63,719 nucleotides of DNA, filler included, from Candidatus Nanoarchaeia archaeon (GCA_035290625.1; 7 parts of 7 records of this genome joined end to end with filler, not necessarily neighbours in it); one strand, 5' to 3'. Shown: positions 19,076-29,487, counted from the first letter of the whole stretch. Translations and numbers: made by a program. The notes: a model not told the origin generated them from the letters alone.

Positions 19076-19992
19076 AATTCCTCGTGAGGCATAGGCCGGG
19101 CAAGAAAGGAGTTTTGTTCACTGCCGCAACTATTTTCCTGCTTTTATCAGTATTTCTGCTTGCAGGCTCTATTGCAGACAGGAATAAAGGGGCGCAGAGC
19201 CTGATGAATTCCGGATTCGGAGATAAATTTGCGTTTATGTATGATGACATTGTGAGCAATAGTTATTATGACCTGCTTGAGGTCATCTTTGAGGGACTGT
19301 CAAGAGGCGCAACAGTTACTGTGAAGTTTGACCAACTGTTTGCTTCTCCTGCGAGAAGCTATGGCGTGTATGCTGATTCGTATAAGACGCTTGTTCAAGG
19401 GGCCTATGCTGCGAAGCAGAATGCTGAGATTGCGCTGACAGGAATGAATACCACTTTTCTGATTGGGCCGTATAACTCAACTGTCGCTTTTGAGGGGCCT
19501 AATATCTCAGTGTACACGATGCCTACTCCTGTGAATTACATTGAAAGCGTAACTGCGTATATCCTCATCAATGGGACGTTTAGCTGTAATGATGCTGCAT
19601 GCCCTAATCAGACGATTGCTGATGAGGAGGGCTGTCAGGCAGCAAATAATGATGCAGGGCAGCCGGCACTAACCCTTACTTGGGAAGACAGCCTGGGATT
19701 TACCTGTACGCGATCGAGAACCGTTGATCCAACAGAGAACAATGATAAAGGAAATGGGAAACAGTTTGCTGCTACATTGCTGGATGGCGATGTTGAAGTC
19801 AAGTACGGAGAGGTTTTAGGGATCGACGGAGTCTTTAAGCTGCTCTCTTCCGGGATTGAGGCAAACATGACCCAGCTTGATTTGGAATATACCTTGGCAG
19901 CAGAGCCTGTTGTGCTGAAAGGCGGGATTGTGTCAATTACATCAGGGAATGTTACGAAGAGGGCAGAGATGATTTTATGGAGTGAGAAATGA
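19072..19992 (+). CDS. Pilin-like or secreted protein, class III signal peptide
   Basis: KKG/VLFTAATI followed by a hydrophobic helix. Confidence 0.75.
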   Translation: MKFLVRHRPGKKGVLFTAATIFLLLSVFLLAGSIADRNKGAQSLMNSGFGDKFAFMYDDIVSNSYYDLLEVIFEGLSRGATVTVKFDQLFASPARSYGVYADSYKTLVQGAYAAKQNAEIALTGMNTTFLIGPYNSTVAFEGPNISVYTMPTPVNYIESVTAYILINGTFSCNDAACPNQTIADEEGCQAANNDAGQPALTLTWEDSLGFTCTRSRTVDPTENNDKGNGKQFAATLLDGDVEVKYGEVLGIDGVFKLLSSGIEANMTQLDLEYTLAAEPVVLKGGIVSITSGNVTKRAEMILWSEK

Positions 19993-20326
19993 GAGGACTA
20001 CCACTTATTGATATACAGGATATTCGTCTCTTTCAATCTCTTATACATTGCATCTGTGATTTCCAGATCAGAAGCCAGGTATCTCTTGAGGGTTTCCCAG
20101 TCCTTTTTTTGCAGAGCCCTGCTACTTCAGAGCCATCCATATCTGCAGGAAATCCGAGGACTTTGCCAAAATCTTTTAGCGTTCCTCTCGAATGGCCGCG
20201 GCGGTAGGCGTTTACTTTATCTCTTAAGTCTATGATGAACTTCATGGTGAAAGGAGAGATTGCCACGTTGTGGATGAAGCTCCTTGTCACAAGGAACGGG
20301 ATGTCGAAGTTGTGTATTTGGCATAT

Positions 20327-20722
20327 TCAGGACACCCCCTTCATAAAATCTTTTGAGGAGAGGATTGTGAAGGCCCCTATTGAGACCTCCCTTAAAAAGT
20401 GGCGATTCTCAGTTATGAGGCATTCTGCATTCACAAACTCACAAAGCGCCGCAATCACCGTATCGCCCTTCTTCAATCCGAGCAGGCTGTATTTGTTTAT
20501 TAATGTGTCCGGTACGACCCCAATTGCAACGAATACAGGATCCTGCAGCATTTTGATGAATGGGTTTATCGAACTCTTAGAAATATTCTGAAGCACCTCC
20601 CTAAAGATAAGACTATTAATGAAGATTTTTATGTCCGGGGTCCTCGTAAGCTCAGGCAAGAACTGAGACCTATTGGTAAAATGAAAAACATACTCATTGC
20701 TGTCTAACACTATCTTTCTCAT
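20327..20722 (-). CDS. PIN-domain (VapC-like) ribonuclease
   Basis: IVLDSNEY, REV, GDTVIAA, LITENRHF. Confidence 0.85.
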   Translation of the reverse strand: MRKIVLDSNEYVFHFTNRSQFLPELTRTPDIKIFINSLIFREVLQNISKSSINPFIKMLQDPVFVAIGVVPDTLINKYSLLGLKKGDTVIAALCEFVNAECLITENRHFLREVSIGAFTILSSKDFMKGVS

Positions 20723-21021
20723 CGAGATTCATATCTCTGTTTCCATATCTGATCCCTTGTTTTTCTGAGACGTGCAATGATATCTTCCCTGCTAAGATGG
20801 GATGTATCAAAGCCTTTATGTTCCTCTTCCCGGAACCATATATTCAGAAGCTTCACTTTGTCGATTTGGGGTTTGCTTAATTCAATCTCGTCCTTTATCC
20901 CTTCCCGGATCAACTCGGAAAAATTAGAGTAGAGCCCTTCTTCTATCAAAACCCTTGACTTCTGAACCAGCTTCTTTGGAAGCGTGATATTTATCCTTTG
21001 GGATTCAGGCATTATACACAC
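20719..21021 (-). CDS. Ribbon-helix-helix antitoxin/regulator
   Basis: RINITLPKKL...GLYSNFSELIREGI; stop overlaps the PIN start. Confidence 0.85.
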   Translation of the reverse strand: MCIMPESQRINITLPKKLVQKSRVLIEEGLYSNFSELIREGIKDEIELSKPQIDKVKLLNIWFREEEHKGFDTSHLSREDIIARLRKTRDQIWKQRYESR

Positions 21022-21100
21022 TCAATACACATATGTATTTAAACCTTTGGATTAGGTTTCACCTTCCCACTGCCAGAAATGTGAAGAAATAGGTAACCGC

Positions 21101-21967
21101 TCAGAACACAACCATCTGCTTAAGGTTGCTGAGCCAGCTGCGTATCTTCCCTTTGAATTCCCTCTGGAGGCGCATCTTGGCCTTTGGAGAAACTCTTTCT
21201 TCCTTAATCTGCCTTGCCTTAACCAGGAACTGGCCTGGCCGTATGGTCTTGTAGGCAAACGCCAACGCAACCACAAAGACGCTGACAAGCGCAAGCGATG
21301 CAAAAGGCGATACCGGCTGCCCCGAGCCTCCTATGGCAAATCCTGTCGGGGCTGTTGAGCCAAGGAACATGCTGCCTGCCAGGATGCCAATGACGCCAAG
21401 GGCTGCAATGGCGGCATGGCTGGTTGTCTGCTGGCTGAGGCCTTTTGCGACATCATCAAACCTCATAACCTTATCCATGAACAAGGAGGATTGGGCGATA
21501 AACTCTGAGTTGGAGTCCTGGTCAATGCAGGTGAACACTCCCTTTCCATTCACCGACCTCAGCTTGCTGATGATTGATGATGTAAAGCGCTCCTTTGTGT
21601 TGTTGGCTGCATAGACATTGAGGGTTGATAAAGAGTCAAAGAACAGCAAGTCAAAGGCATTGCTTTTCATGACTTGAGAGATTGCGATGCTGAGTTCGGT
21701 GAGGGCGCAAGGAGAAGAGACCATGATGGCATTTGGGGCTTCCTTCTTTGTGACTGCGTCAATGAAAAACATGTTCTTGGTGTTGATGCCTTCATGGGAG
21801 AACGCGCGAAGGAGCGCATCCATGGGCTTGTTAAGAGTGACATAGCATATCTTTACATCCTCCAGATCCTTGAGGAGGGATGCCACGGATTCTGTGTAGT
21901 ATTTGGCTGAGAGCACAGAAAGGATGATGGGGTAGTCTGAGAGATTCTCCCTGAGGGTGGCGCTCAT
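21101..21967 (-). CDS. Degenerate KaiC/RecA-like domain plus two TM segments
   Basis: Start MSATLR at 21967; CYVTLNKP, FFIDAV, LFFDSLSTL; no Walker A seen. Confidence 0.65.
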   Translation of the reverse strand: MSATLRENLSDYPIILSVLSAKYYTESVASLLKDLEDVKICYVTLNKPMDALLRAFSHEGINTKNMFFIDAVTKKEAPNAIMVSSPCALTELSIAISQVMKSNAFDLLFFDSLSTLNVYAANNTKERFTSSIISKLRSVNGKGVFTCIDQDSNSEFIAQSSLFMDKVMRFDDVAKGLSQQTTSHAAIAALGVIGILAGSMFLGSTAPTGFAIGGSGQPVSPFASLALVSVFVVALAFAYKTIRPGQFLVKARQIKEERVSPKAKMRLQREFKGKIRSWLSNLKQMVVF

Positions 21968-22011
21968 GGGAGCTTTAGGGACAAGGAAGTATAAAAAGGT
22001 TGGGATTCGCA

Positions 22012-22107
22012 GGTTGCATTGAAAAGTTGCTCGCTTCGCTCGGCAGCGCCATGTTCGCCATGCGCAAGCCAGGCAGAACAGCGGCATTCCCCGAAGGGGG
22101 CAACCCC
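22012..22107 (-). mobile_element. Truncated structured MITE-like element, copy R4
   Basis: Same TIR and first half as R3, without the optional double hairpin; similarity stops at 22107. Confidence 0.85.
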
Positions 22108-22246
22108 GAGTGTGGTTAGAAATATAAAGTAGCCAGTCTCAAAGGGGTATGGTGAACCCTATGAAACTGAGCTACCATCAGAAGTATAACCAGCTACTAC
22201 AAAAATTTTCCGCTTTTCAAATATATAGATTTGTGCTTTCCCTTGC

Positions 22247-22346
22247 NNNNNNNNNNNNNNNNNNNNNNNNNNNNNNNNNNNNNNNNNNNNTTAATTAATT
22301 AANNNNNNNNNNNNNNNNNNNNNNNNNNNNNNNNNNNNNNNNNNNN
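22247..22346. other. Artificial contig linker
   Basis: N run + TTAATTAATTAA + N run. Confidence 0.98.
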
Positions 22347-22357
22347 ACAAGAGTCTT

Positions 22358-22702
22358 ATGGATCTGGCGCAGCGGCACAAGCTTTTTGATGGACTTGCCT
22401 TCCTTGAGGAAAGAAACTCTCTAAATCTTAGCCAGGCGGTGGTGGACGAACTCAAAGCTAAACGGAAAGATTTCAGGCTTTTCCTCAAAGAGCATGGAGT
22501 GCTCTACGGGAAGATCCGGGCGGAGCATGCGATTGAGGATTTGCTTGCAATGCAGCTGGTGAATGAGTTTCCTAGCAATATCATCCTGATTGAGTCTCAG
22601 AGAGGCTGTTACCTCAGCTCAAAGAAGCTTGGAAGGGTGATTAGTATCAGTGAAGTGCCAGAGAAGATTATTGAGAAGCTAGGAGGCATGCACGCGCCTT
22701 GA
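22358..22702 (+). CDS. Hypothetical protein (probably 5'-partial)
   Basis: ORF begins at the contig edge. Confidence 0.5.
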   Translation: MDLAQRHKLFDGLAFLEERNSLNLSQAVVDELKAKRKDFRLFLKEHGVLYGKIRAEHAIEDLLAMQLVNEFPSNIILIESQRGCYLSSKKLGRVISISEVPEKIIEKLGGMHAP

Positions 22703-22747
22703 GATTTGCTGTCCGCTGATTTAGCACCAGCATTCATTCTATTATTC

Positions 22748-22907
22748 GGCTGCCGCCGTGCTCAAAAATGCCCTGCATTTTTGGTCGCTCCTTCGGAGCA
22801 GCTCGGCTCTTCATGTTTTCAGCAAAGAGCGGCACCGCCCCGGATTGGACAACCTCCTCCGCTTGCGATGAGAACTGTTGTCGAGCCTCGCAAAATTGGC
22901 GGCAGCC
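22748..22907 (-). repeat. Structured element, copy R5 (no outer TIR seen)
   Basis: ggctgccgcc/ggcggcagcc; R2/R7-type core plus the double-hairpin module of R3/R10. Confidence 0.85.
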
Positions 22908-22944
22908 GCTAATCTTTATAAAACCTCAGGGATTCTGAGGCTGG

Positions 22945-24612
22945 ATGCAAGATTTCATGCAGGAGCTGGTTGAAGAGATCCGTAAGAGAGAGATGTCGAA
23001 GAAGGAGCTCAATCTTCTTAAGCACAGGCTCTGCAGGAAATACCATCTCAAGCGGATGCCTAAGGATATTGAGGTTTTCCTGAACGTCAAGGACAGGGCC
23101 AGCATAGGAAATTTAAGAGCCAAGCCTGTCAGGACGCTCTCAGGAGTATCTGTTATTGCCCTGATGACAAAGCCGTTTCCCTGCCCGCATGGCAGATGTA
23201 CATTTTGCCCTGGAGGACCAAAATCGTTTTTTGGGGATGTCCCCCAGTCGTATACAGGGGCAGAGCCGTCAACAAGGAGGTCGATCAGAAACGGGTATGA
23301 TGCTTACCTCACGACTATGAACCGGCTGGAGCATTATATTGCTGCAGGCCATATGCCGGACAAGGTGGAATTGATTGTCCAGGGAGGGACATTTCCGGCT
23401 TATCCGAAGCTGTATCAGGCTGAGTTTGTCCGGGATATGTATCAGGCGCTGAATGATTTCTCATGGCTATTTTTCAGGCCAGAGCTTGACCTGGAGAGAT
23501 TTAAAGAAGTCTTTGAGCTCCCCAGTGATATTCAAAATGAAGAGAGGACAAGACGCATTCATGAGAAGCTGCTGAGGATCAAAGAAGAAAGAAGGGTGCC
23601 TCTGGAAGAAGCGAAGAAGGAGAATGAGACTGCTAGCCTTCGCTGCATTGGCCTGACCATTGAGACTAAGCCGGATTGGGGGCTGCTGCAGCATGCAGAC
23701 CAGATGCTTGAATTGGGATGCACAAGAGTCGAACTTGGCATCCAGACAACGTATGACCATGTCCTGAGAGCAACAAACCGGGGACATAGTATCGAAGATT
23801 CAAAAAAATCGATTCAGGTATTGAGGGACCTTGGCTTCAAGCTCAACTTCCATATCATGCCGGGGCTTCCTCAAGTCACAAAAGAGATGGATGTTGATTC
23901 ATTCAGGGAATACTTTGAAAATCCTGCATACAGGCCTGACATGCTGAAGGTATATCCCTGCATGGTGATGCCTGGAACAAAACTGTTTGAAGACTATAGA
24001 AATGGGCTTTTCACACCACTCACAACACTTGAAGCAGTTAATCTGGTTCTTGAATTGAAGAGGATTGTGCCAGAATACTGCAGGATCATGAGGATCCAGA
24101 GGGATATTCCGACAAATAAGACTGAGGCCGGGGTTGACAGGACAAACCTTCGGCAATACATCGAAGAGGCAAAAGAACAACAGGGGATAAGATGCAGATG
24201 CATCCGCTGCAGGGAGCCCAGAGGAAGGGTGATTGATGCTTCTGAGACAGAGATTTGCGTGATGGAGTATGAAGCGAGCGGTGGAAAGGAATGCTTCATT
24301 TCAGCTGAAGCCGGAGATTTGCTGCTCGGCTTCTGCAGGATGCGGTTTCCTTCTCAGTGCCTGAGGGAGGAGATCACAGAGAAATCTGCATTAATCCGGG
24401 AGCTTCATGTGTATGGCGCTGCTGTTCCGATAGGCAAGCAGGGGATAATCCAGCATGCCGGGCTTGGAAAGAGGCTGCTTGCGGCTGCTGAAGGGATTGC
24501 TGCCAAGGCTGGAAAAGACAAGATGGTTGTGATCTCGGGTGTTGGTGTCAGAAAGTATTATGAAAAACTAGGGTACCGGCTTGAAGGGCCGTATATGGCG
24601 AAGTGCCTTTGA
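22945..24612 (+). CDS. elp3: Elp3 radical-SAM/acetyltransferase (tRNA U34 carboxymethylation)
   Basis: RTLSGV, CPHGRCTFCPGG, PQSYTG, GGTF, ETKPD, CRCIRCRE, RELHVYG, QHAGLG, GVGVRKYY. Confidence 0.96.
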   Translation: MQDFMQELVEEIRKREMSKKELNLLKHRLCRKYHLKRMPKDIEVFLNVKDRASIGNLRAKPVRTLSGVSVIALMTKPFPCPHGRCTFCPGGPKSFFGDVPQSYTGAEPSTRRSIRNGYDAYLTTMNRLEHYIAAGHMPDKVELIVQGGTFPAYPKLYQAEFVRDMYQALNDFSWLFFRPELDLERFKEVFELPSDIQNEERTRRIHEKLLRIKEERRVPLEEAKKENETASLRCIGLTIETKPDWGLLQHADQMLELGCTRVELGIQTTYDHVLRATNRGHSIEDSKKSIQVLRDLGFKLNFHIMPGLPQVTKEMDVDSFREYFENPAYRPDMLKVYPCMVMPGTKLFEDYRNGLFTPLTTLEAVNLVLELKRIVPEYCRIMRIQRDIPTNKTEAGVDRTNLRQYIEEAKEQQGIRCRCIRCREPRGRVIDASETEICVMEYEASGGKECFISAEAGDLLLGFCRMRFPSQCLREEITEKSALIRELHVYGAAVPIGKQGIIQHAGLGKRLLAAAEGIAAKAGKDKMVVISGVGVRKYYEKLGYRLEGPYMAKCL

Positions 24613-24614
24613 AT

Positions 24615-25613
24615 TTAATCATATTTGACTGGCTTCTCATTGTTTGATCCTGAAAAGAGTTTGCCAAGAAATTTAGGCCAGAGGGGATGGGAATCAATAT
24701 GGTTTTTTGCTGTCTGGTACTCCTGTGTGTTGCAGTCATACAAGACAAAGTCAGCAATCACTTTCAGGTAATCATCAAAAAAGGACATGCCTCGAGGGAG
24801 AGCTTCGATAGATGTCTCTCTTTCGCCGCCCCAGTAGATTTTGTCAGGAATAACCACTCCCTGCCTCTCAAAGCTCCTGAGAGTTTGGACAGCCCGGGTA
24901 GGGCTCGAATGCTGGATTGCTGCCATAACCTCATCATGAGTCAAAGGCTCTTTGGCTTCAAGAAGGGACCTGTACACTTTTTCATGCAGGATTGGGTGTT
25001 CATAGTGTGCAAAGTCTGGACTGGATTCCCTCCCATAAGGAGTAAGAGAAAACCGGATTTTCCCATCCTTTTTCAACGTGCGATATTGAATCAGGCCAAG
25101 CCTGTCCAGCCATTCCAGCCGGTTACCAATGACTTTAGGCGTCACCTCAAGCAACCGAATCAGATCTGATTTCTGACAGGCTTCTCCTGCAACGATATGC
25201 CTGAGCGCACGGTACGTGATATAAGGCCCATGGTCTTTGGCCAGCCCAAAAAATTCAGATATTCTGGCAGAAGATGCATCTGCATATGCCAAAAATTTTG
25301 CAGCCGGCTTAAGGACTGTAATGCCGAGCTGATTCAAAGCCCAGCCATGTACAGCAGGCTTTTCTTCCAAAAAAGGGAACAGGGTGCCAAGGCTTCCTCT
25401 AAGCCTCTTCTCAAGATCCTTCCGCTTGCCTCCGCCATGCAGCGCAGGGAGCGTGATTGCATGGTGCTTTACCAACTGCTCAAGCCTGCTGAAAACCTCA
25501 CACCCATCCGTTGGAGTTCCATCCAATATGTATCCTCCCATCAGCAGTTTCAGCGGAGTGTTTGCTGCATCGAACACTCTCGCAAGCAAAAGTTCTCTTC
25601 CTTCAAGTTTCAT
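24615..25613 (-). CDS. Tandem winged-helix DNA-binding protein
   Basis: Likely start MKLEG; HTH-like VTPKVIGNRLEWLDRLGLI and RAVQTLRSFERQGVV. Confidence 0.6.
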   Translation of the reverse strand: MKLEGRELLLARVFDAANTPLKLLMGGYILDGTPTDGCEVFSRLEQLVKHHAITLPALHGGGKRKDLEKRLRGSLGTLFPFLEEKPAVHGWALNQLGITVLKPAAKFLAYADASSARISEFFGLAKDHGPYITYRALRHIVAGEACQKSDLIRLLEVTPKVIGNRLEWLDRLGLIQYRTLKKDGKIRFSLTPYGRESSPDFAHYEHPILHEKVYRSLLEAKEPLTHDEVMAAIQHSSPTRAVQTLRSFERQGVVIPDKIYWGGERETSIEALPRGMSFFDDYLKVIADFVLYDCNTQEYQTAKNHIDSHPLWPKFLGKLFSGSNNEKPVKYD

Positions 25614-25676
25614 GCTGCACCGGGTTAAAGGCCCATTTAAAAACATTATTATAGGGCGGCGCAGTCCCCTCTTGGC

Positions 25677-26624
25677 ATGAGAACTCCTTTTCCCAATGCT
25701 GATGCGATTGAGTTCAAGCCTGCATTCATAGAGAGGTATGCAGCATTGACTGACTTTGAGGAGTTTAAAAAAACCGTTCTTTCATTTCCAAGGAGATCTG
25801 TGCGGATAAATACCCTTAAGATTTCATTGAAGGATGGAAAAGAGCGGCTTAAGGAAGAAGGGTGGAAGCTTACGCAGATCCCCTGGTGTCCTGAGGGATT
25901 TTGGGTTGAGCATAAGGATGGAAGGAGGGATATCGGAAATACGCGGGCTTACAAATTGGGCTATATCTATGTGCAGGAAGCGGCTTCCATGATCCCCCCT
26001 TTGGTGCTTGAGCCTCAGCCGGGCGAGAAGGTCCTGGATATGTGCGCATCTCCAGGCAGCAAGGCTTCGCAGATCGCATCCATGATGAAGAATGAGGGGC
26101 TCCTTGTTGCCAATGATTTCAAGGGAGACAGGATGAGCCCTTTGGGGATGAATCTCCAGCGCTCTGGGGTGATGAATGCGATCATCACTTTGATGCAAGG
26201 GCAGTGGTTCAAGAATATTGAGTTTGACAGAATCCTTGTGGATGCGCCATGCTCTGGAACAGGGACTATTGCAAAGAGCCCCAGCACGCTTCGCATCTGG
26301 AACCCAAACATGATCAGGAGGCTTTCTGGAACGCAGAAGCAGCTGATTTCAGCCGCATTTGAAACTCTCAGAAAAGGGGGGGCATTGGTGTATTCGACCT
26401 GCTCAACCGAGCCTGAGGAGAATGAACAGGTTATTGATTTCCTTCTCCAGAAATTCAACAATAGCCGAATTGAAGAGATAGAGCTTAAAGGCCTGAAGCG
26501 AAGCAGCTGTATTTTGCGGTTTCAGGAAAAAAGCTATAACAGCGAGATATGCAAATGCCTTCGCATCTGGCCGCAGGATAATGATACTGAAGGGTTCTTT
26601 GTAGCAAAGATCCGGAAGGATTAA
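25677..26624 (+). CDS. RsmB/NOP2-family RNA m5C methyltransferase
   Basis: QEAASM, LDMCASPGSK, DAPCSGTG, YSTCS, ENE, GFFVA. Confidence 0.95.
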   Translation: MRTPFPNADAIEFKPAFIERYAALTDFEEFKKTVLSFPRRSVRINTLKISLKDGKERLKEEGWKLTQIPWCPEGFWVEHKDGRRDIGNTRAYKLGYIYVQEAASMIPPLVLEPQPGEKVLDMCASPGSKASQIASMMKNEGLLVANDFKGDRMSPLGMNLQRSGVMNAIITLMQGQWFKNIEFDRILVDAPCSGTGTIAKSPSTLRIWNPNMIRRLSGTQKQLISAAFETLRKGGALVYSTCSTEPEENEQVIDFLLQKFNNSRIEEIELKGLKRSSCILRFQEKSYNSEICKCLRIWPQDNDTEGFFVAKIRKD

Positions 26625-27115
26625 TCAACTTTTCCTGGAACGATGACGAGGCTCTTCTGGACATCGATGCGTCCCTTGAGGCCGTAGGTTGACTCAAAAA
26701 GCTTGTAGATGCCTGCGCGATCAAGGATGACGGTCAGAGAGGCCTCGGGCTTTATGATTTTTGTGGCGAGAAAGACTTCATCCTCAAAACGGATGTACAC
26801 AGGATGAGAAATGGTGTCCCTGTTTGTCAGCACAAGCTTGGTTCCCTGGCCCGCAGTCGCAGAAGGCGGCTCAAAGGATTTGCGATGGATGTCAATTGTG
26901 AGAAATTGAAGCGCATCAGAGGCAGGAGCTTCGGCAGGAGCTTCATCAGCGAGTTGATTGGGGGAGATTTCCTGAGGCTGGCCAGAAGATGGTTCTTGCT
27001 GCTGATCAAGAGGGGCTTCCTGGGCTGGCTCCTGGCCAGGAATCTGCTCAGATACCGGTGCCTGCTGGCATGCCACGAGAAGGATTACCAATAGTGCCAA
27101 CAGGAATTGCTTCAT
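26621..27115 (-). CDS. Lipoprotein with a cupredoxin-like domain
   Basis: LVAC lipobox; Q/P/E linker; FEP...TNRD..H...GIY pattern without the Cu-binding Cys. Confidence 0.6.
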   Translation of the reverse strand: MKQFLLALLVILLVACQQAPVSEQIPGQEPAQEAPLDQQQEPSSGQPQEISPNQLADEAPAEAPASDALQFLTIDIHRKSFEPPSATAGQGTKLVLTNRDTISHPVYIRFEDEVFLATKIIKPEASLTVILDRAGIYKLFESTYGLKGRIDVQKSLVIVPGKVD

Positions 27116-27753
27116 TGTACAGTCCTACAGTACGCATCAATGTCGAAGCTATTGAGGCTGCTGAGGAGCTCTGATCCAGATTCCCGCAATGCCTTGGCAA
27201 GGCTTTTGTCTAACGTGATGTCGTAGCAGACTCTCGAGTCATGGGCGCACTGCACATAGGCATCAACCATGCTCTTCAGGTATCCCATGTTCCCAGGAGT
27301 GCAGGCATCCTGGGTGAACTGGTAGGTTTCGTCAAGAGTCAGGCTTAGCACCTTTCCAGAGCTGTCGACGGCAACAAGGGCTGTGTTGCAGGGCTTCCCA
27401 AAGAAAGGCTCATGATTGACTAAGGTTGCTGCGAAGTCAAGGATAAACAACTGGTCAGCGCGATTTGTCTTGTAATCCCTTGAAAGGATTCCTGAAGCCA
27501 GCTGGCCGAGGTAGCGATGATAATGGGACTGCAACAGCGGGAGCAGGGATGGACAAGAATCCCATCTCTCGCCGCCTATCTCATCAGAAGACGACAGCAC
27601 TGCCCTTCCTGTCGGACTGCTTACCTGGTTGGCAACAAGGATGAGGAGGAGCATGACGATGATAAGCAACATGAGCAGCAGCTGCAAAGGATATGGCTTT
27701 TTTGGAATTAGGGATGCCTGAAGCTTCTTTTCCCTGCTTTTATCCCCCCTCAT
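27112..27753 (-). CDS. Membrane-anchored hypothetical protein
   Basis: N-terminal TM helix followed by PTGRAV. Confidence 0.65.
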   Translation of the reverse strand: MRGDKSREKKLQASLIPKKPYPLQLLLMLLIIVMLLLILVANQVSSPTGRAVLSSSDEIGGERWDSCPSLLPLLQSHYHRYLGQLASGILSRDYKTNRADQLFILDFAATLVNHEPFFGKPCNTALVAVDSSGKVLSLTLDETYQFTQDACTPGNMGYLKSMVDAYVQCAHDSRVCYDITLDKSLAKALRESGSELLSSLNSFDIDAYCRTVQ

Positions 27754-27850
27754 AAGGTGTTTTGGGAACTCGTGGTTTATTAATGTTTAGGTTTTTTATC
27801 TTTGGGTTTTTGCCAAAAGTTTTAAATACAGCGCCACCTGAAAATAAGGC

Positions 27851-28843
27851 ATGAGGATTGCCATCAACGGCTTCGGAAGGATAGGAAGGATTGTCCTGAG
27901 GATTGGGATTAATGATAAGAGCCTGAAATTTGTTGCAATAAACAATATCCATGGGGATGCAAAAAGCCTGGCATATCTTCTCAAATATGATTCTATGCAT
28001 GGCATCTTCCCAGGCACAATCAAGGCAGGCAGGGACTGTATCTATGTCAATGGACAAAAGATAGCAATGTTCCATGAGCCTGAGCCTGAAAAGCTTCCCT
28101 GGAAGCAGCTGAAAGTGGACGTCGTTGCAGAGTCCACAGGGGCCTTTACGACAAGAGAGGCATGCGGAAAACACATCACTGCAGGAGCAAGGAAAGTCCT
28201 GCTTTCAGCTCCTGGAAAGGGCGAGGAAAAGATAAAGACAATCGTTGTAGGAGTGAATGACCGCAGCCTCAATGCCTCAGACACAATCATATCAAATGCT
28301 TCCTGCACGACAAACTGCGCAGCTCCGATGGCAAAAGTCCTCAATGACGCGTTCGGTATAGAAAAAGGCTACCTCACAACAGTCCATTCCTACACAAATG
28401 ACCAGATGCTCCTTGACTTGTATCACAAAGATGCCAGAAGAGGCAGGGCTGCGGCAGAATCCATTATCCCAACATCAACAGGAGCTGCAAGATCAGTCGG
28501 GGAAGTCATACCAGATCTGAAAGGAAAGATGGATGGGCTTGCGATGCGCGTCCCAACTCCATGCGGCAGCATAACTGACTTGGTATGCATCCTGAAAAAG
28601 GAAGTGGAACCAAACCAGGTTAACCGGGCCTTTGAAAGAGCCTCACGGGGAAAGATGCGCAGAGTCCTTCAGTACTCAGAGGAAGAGCTCGTCAGCAGAG
28701 ACATTGTTGGAAACCCCTACTCCTGCATCTTTGACTCAAAGCTCACGCAAGCAAATGAAAAGATGGTAAAGGTGATTGGGTGGTATGACAACGAATGGGG
28801 ATTCTCGTGCAGGATGGTTGATTTGCTGAAGATGATGAGATGA
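27851..28843 (+). CDS. gap: Type I (bacterial-type) glyceraldehyde-3-phosphate dehydrogenase
   Basis: INGFGRIGR, SNASCTTNC, WYDNEWG. Confidence 0.97.
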   Translation: MRIAINGFGRIGRIVLRIGINDKSLKFVAINNIHGDAKSLAYLLKYDSMHGIFPGTIKAGRDCIYVNGQKIAMFHEPEPEKLPWKQLKVDVVAESTGAFTTREACGKHITAGARKVLLSAPGKGEEKIKTIVVGVNDRSLNASDTIISNASCTTNCAAPMAKVLNDAFGIEKGYLTTVHSYTNDQMLLDLYHKDARRGRAAAESIIPTSTGAARSVGEVIPDLKGKMDGLAMRVPTPCGSITDLVCILKKEVEPNQVNRAFERASRGKMRRVLQYSEEELVSRDIVGNPYSCIFDSKLTQANEKMVKVIGWYDNEWGFSCRMVDLLKMMR

Positions 28844-28882
28844 AGGCAAAAGGTTTTAAGCGATCCACCGTTCTTCGAGTGC

Positions 28883-29215
28883 ATGCATTTAAATGGCATA
28901 GAAACAAAGGTGTATAACCATGCAAGGGATATTCTTCAATGGGATTTCAGGTTAGAACTAAGCTTCCTCGAGCAGGAAAGACTTCAAGAATGCGTTGTTT
29001 ATACCGTACGTGATGCTAAAAAAATTAAGAGCCTATTTAGTCCCCAGCGATTTATCCCTGATGAAGAAGCAGTAATGAGGTTTTTGGAATATCATTATGG
29101 AGTTGTTTATGACCTTAGGCAGGTGATGGGAATCATCAAAAATGGGTCGGACTATACTGACGAGGATTTCTGCGAGTTTTTGAGGTTTGAACAAGAAAGA
29201 TTGCATAGGTTATAA
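28883..29215 (+). CDS. Hypothetical protein
   Basis: 110-aa ORF with an upstream TATA-like sequence. Confidence 0.55.
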   Translation: MHLNGIETKVYNHARDILQWDFRLELSFLEQERLQECVVYTVRDAKKIKSLFSPQRFIPDEEAVMRFLEYHYGVVYDLRQVMGIIKNGSDYTDEDFCEFLRFEQERLHRL

Positions 29216-29232
29216 TAATTCAATAGGAGATA

Positions 29233-29487
29233 TTACTGTATCTTCTTCTGAAGCATGGCTATCTGGACCATACGGAGCATCTTAATCTCCTGTTTGAGGC
29301 TGTCTACATCTTTCATGAGCTCTTTGGTCAGCTCGTAGTTGTGCTCGATGTTCTCTGCATTCTCTTCGATAAGGGAGGGGTATTGCCGGAAGAGGGAAAT
29401 GTCCTTATTGAATTTTTTGATCCAAGAATCCATAGCTACCTTGAACTGGCTGTATTCTGAGGGTTGATCAAGAGTCTGGTTTTGCAT
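29233..29487 (-). CDS. Small coiled-coil protein
   Basis: GAGGTGA RBS; heptad-rich sequence. Confidence 0.7.
   Translation of the reverse strand: MQNQTLDQPSEYSQFKVAMDSWIKKFNKDISLFRQYPSLIEENAENIEHNYELTKELMKDVDSLKQEIKMLRMVQIAMLQKKIQ

Noticed and set aside
19989..20290. Short overlapping ORFs after the pilin operon
   Set aside because: No motifs and conflicting frames; none can be supported
27851..28843. Bacterial-type GAPDH as contamination or novelty
   Set aside because: It is embedded among archaeal genes with a TATA promoter; bacterial-type enzymes are not unusual in DPANN
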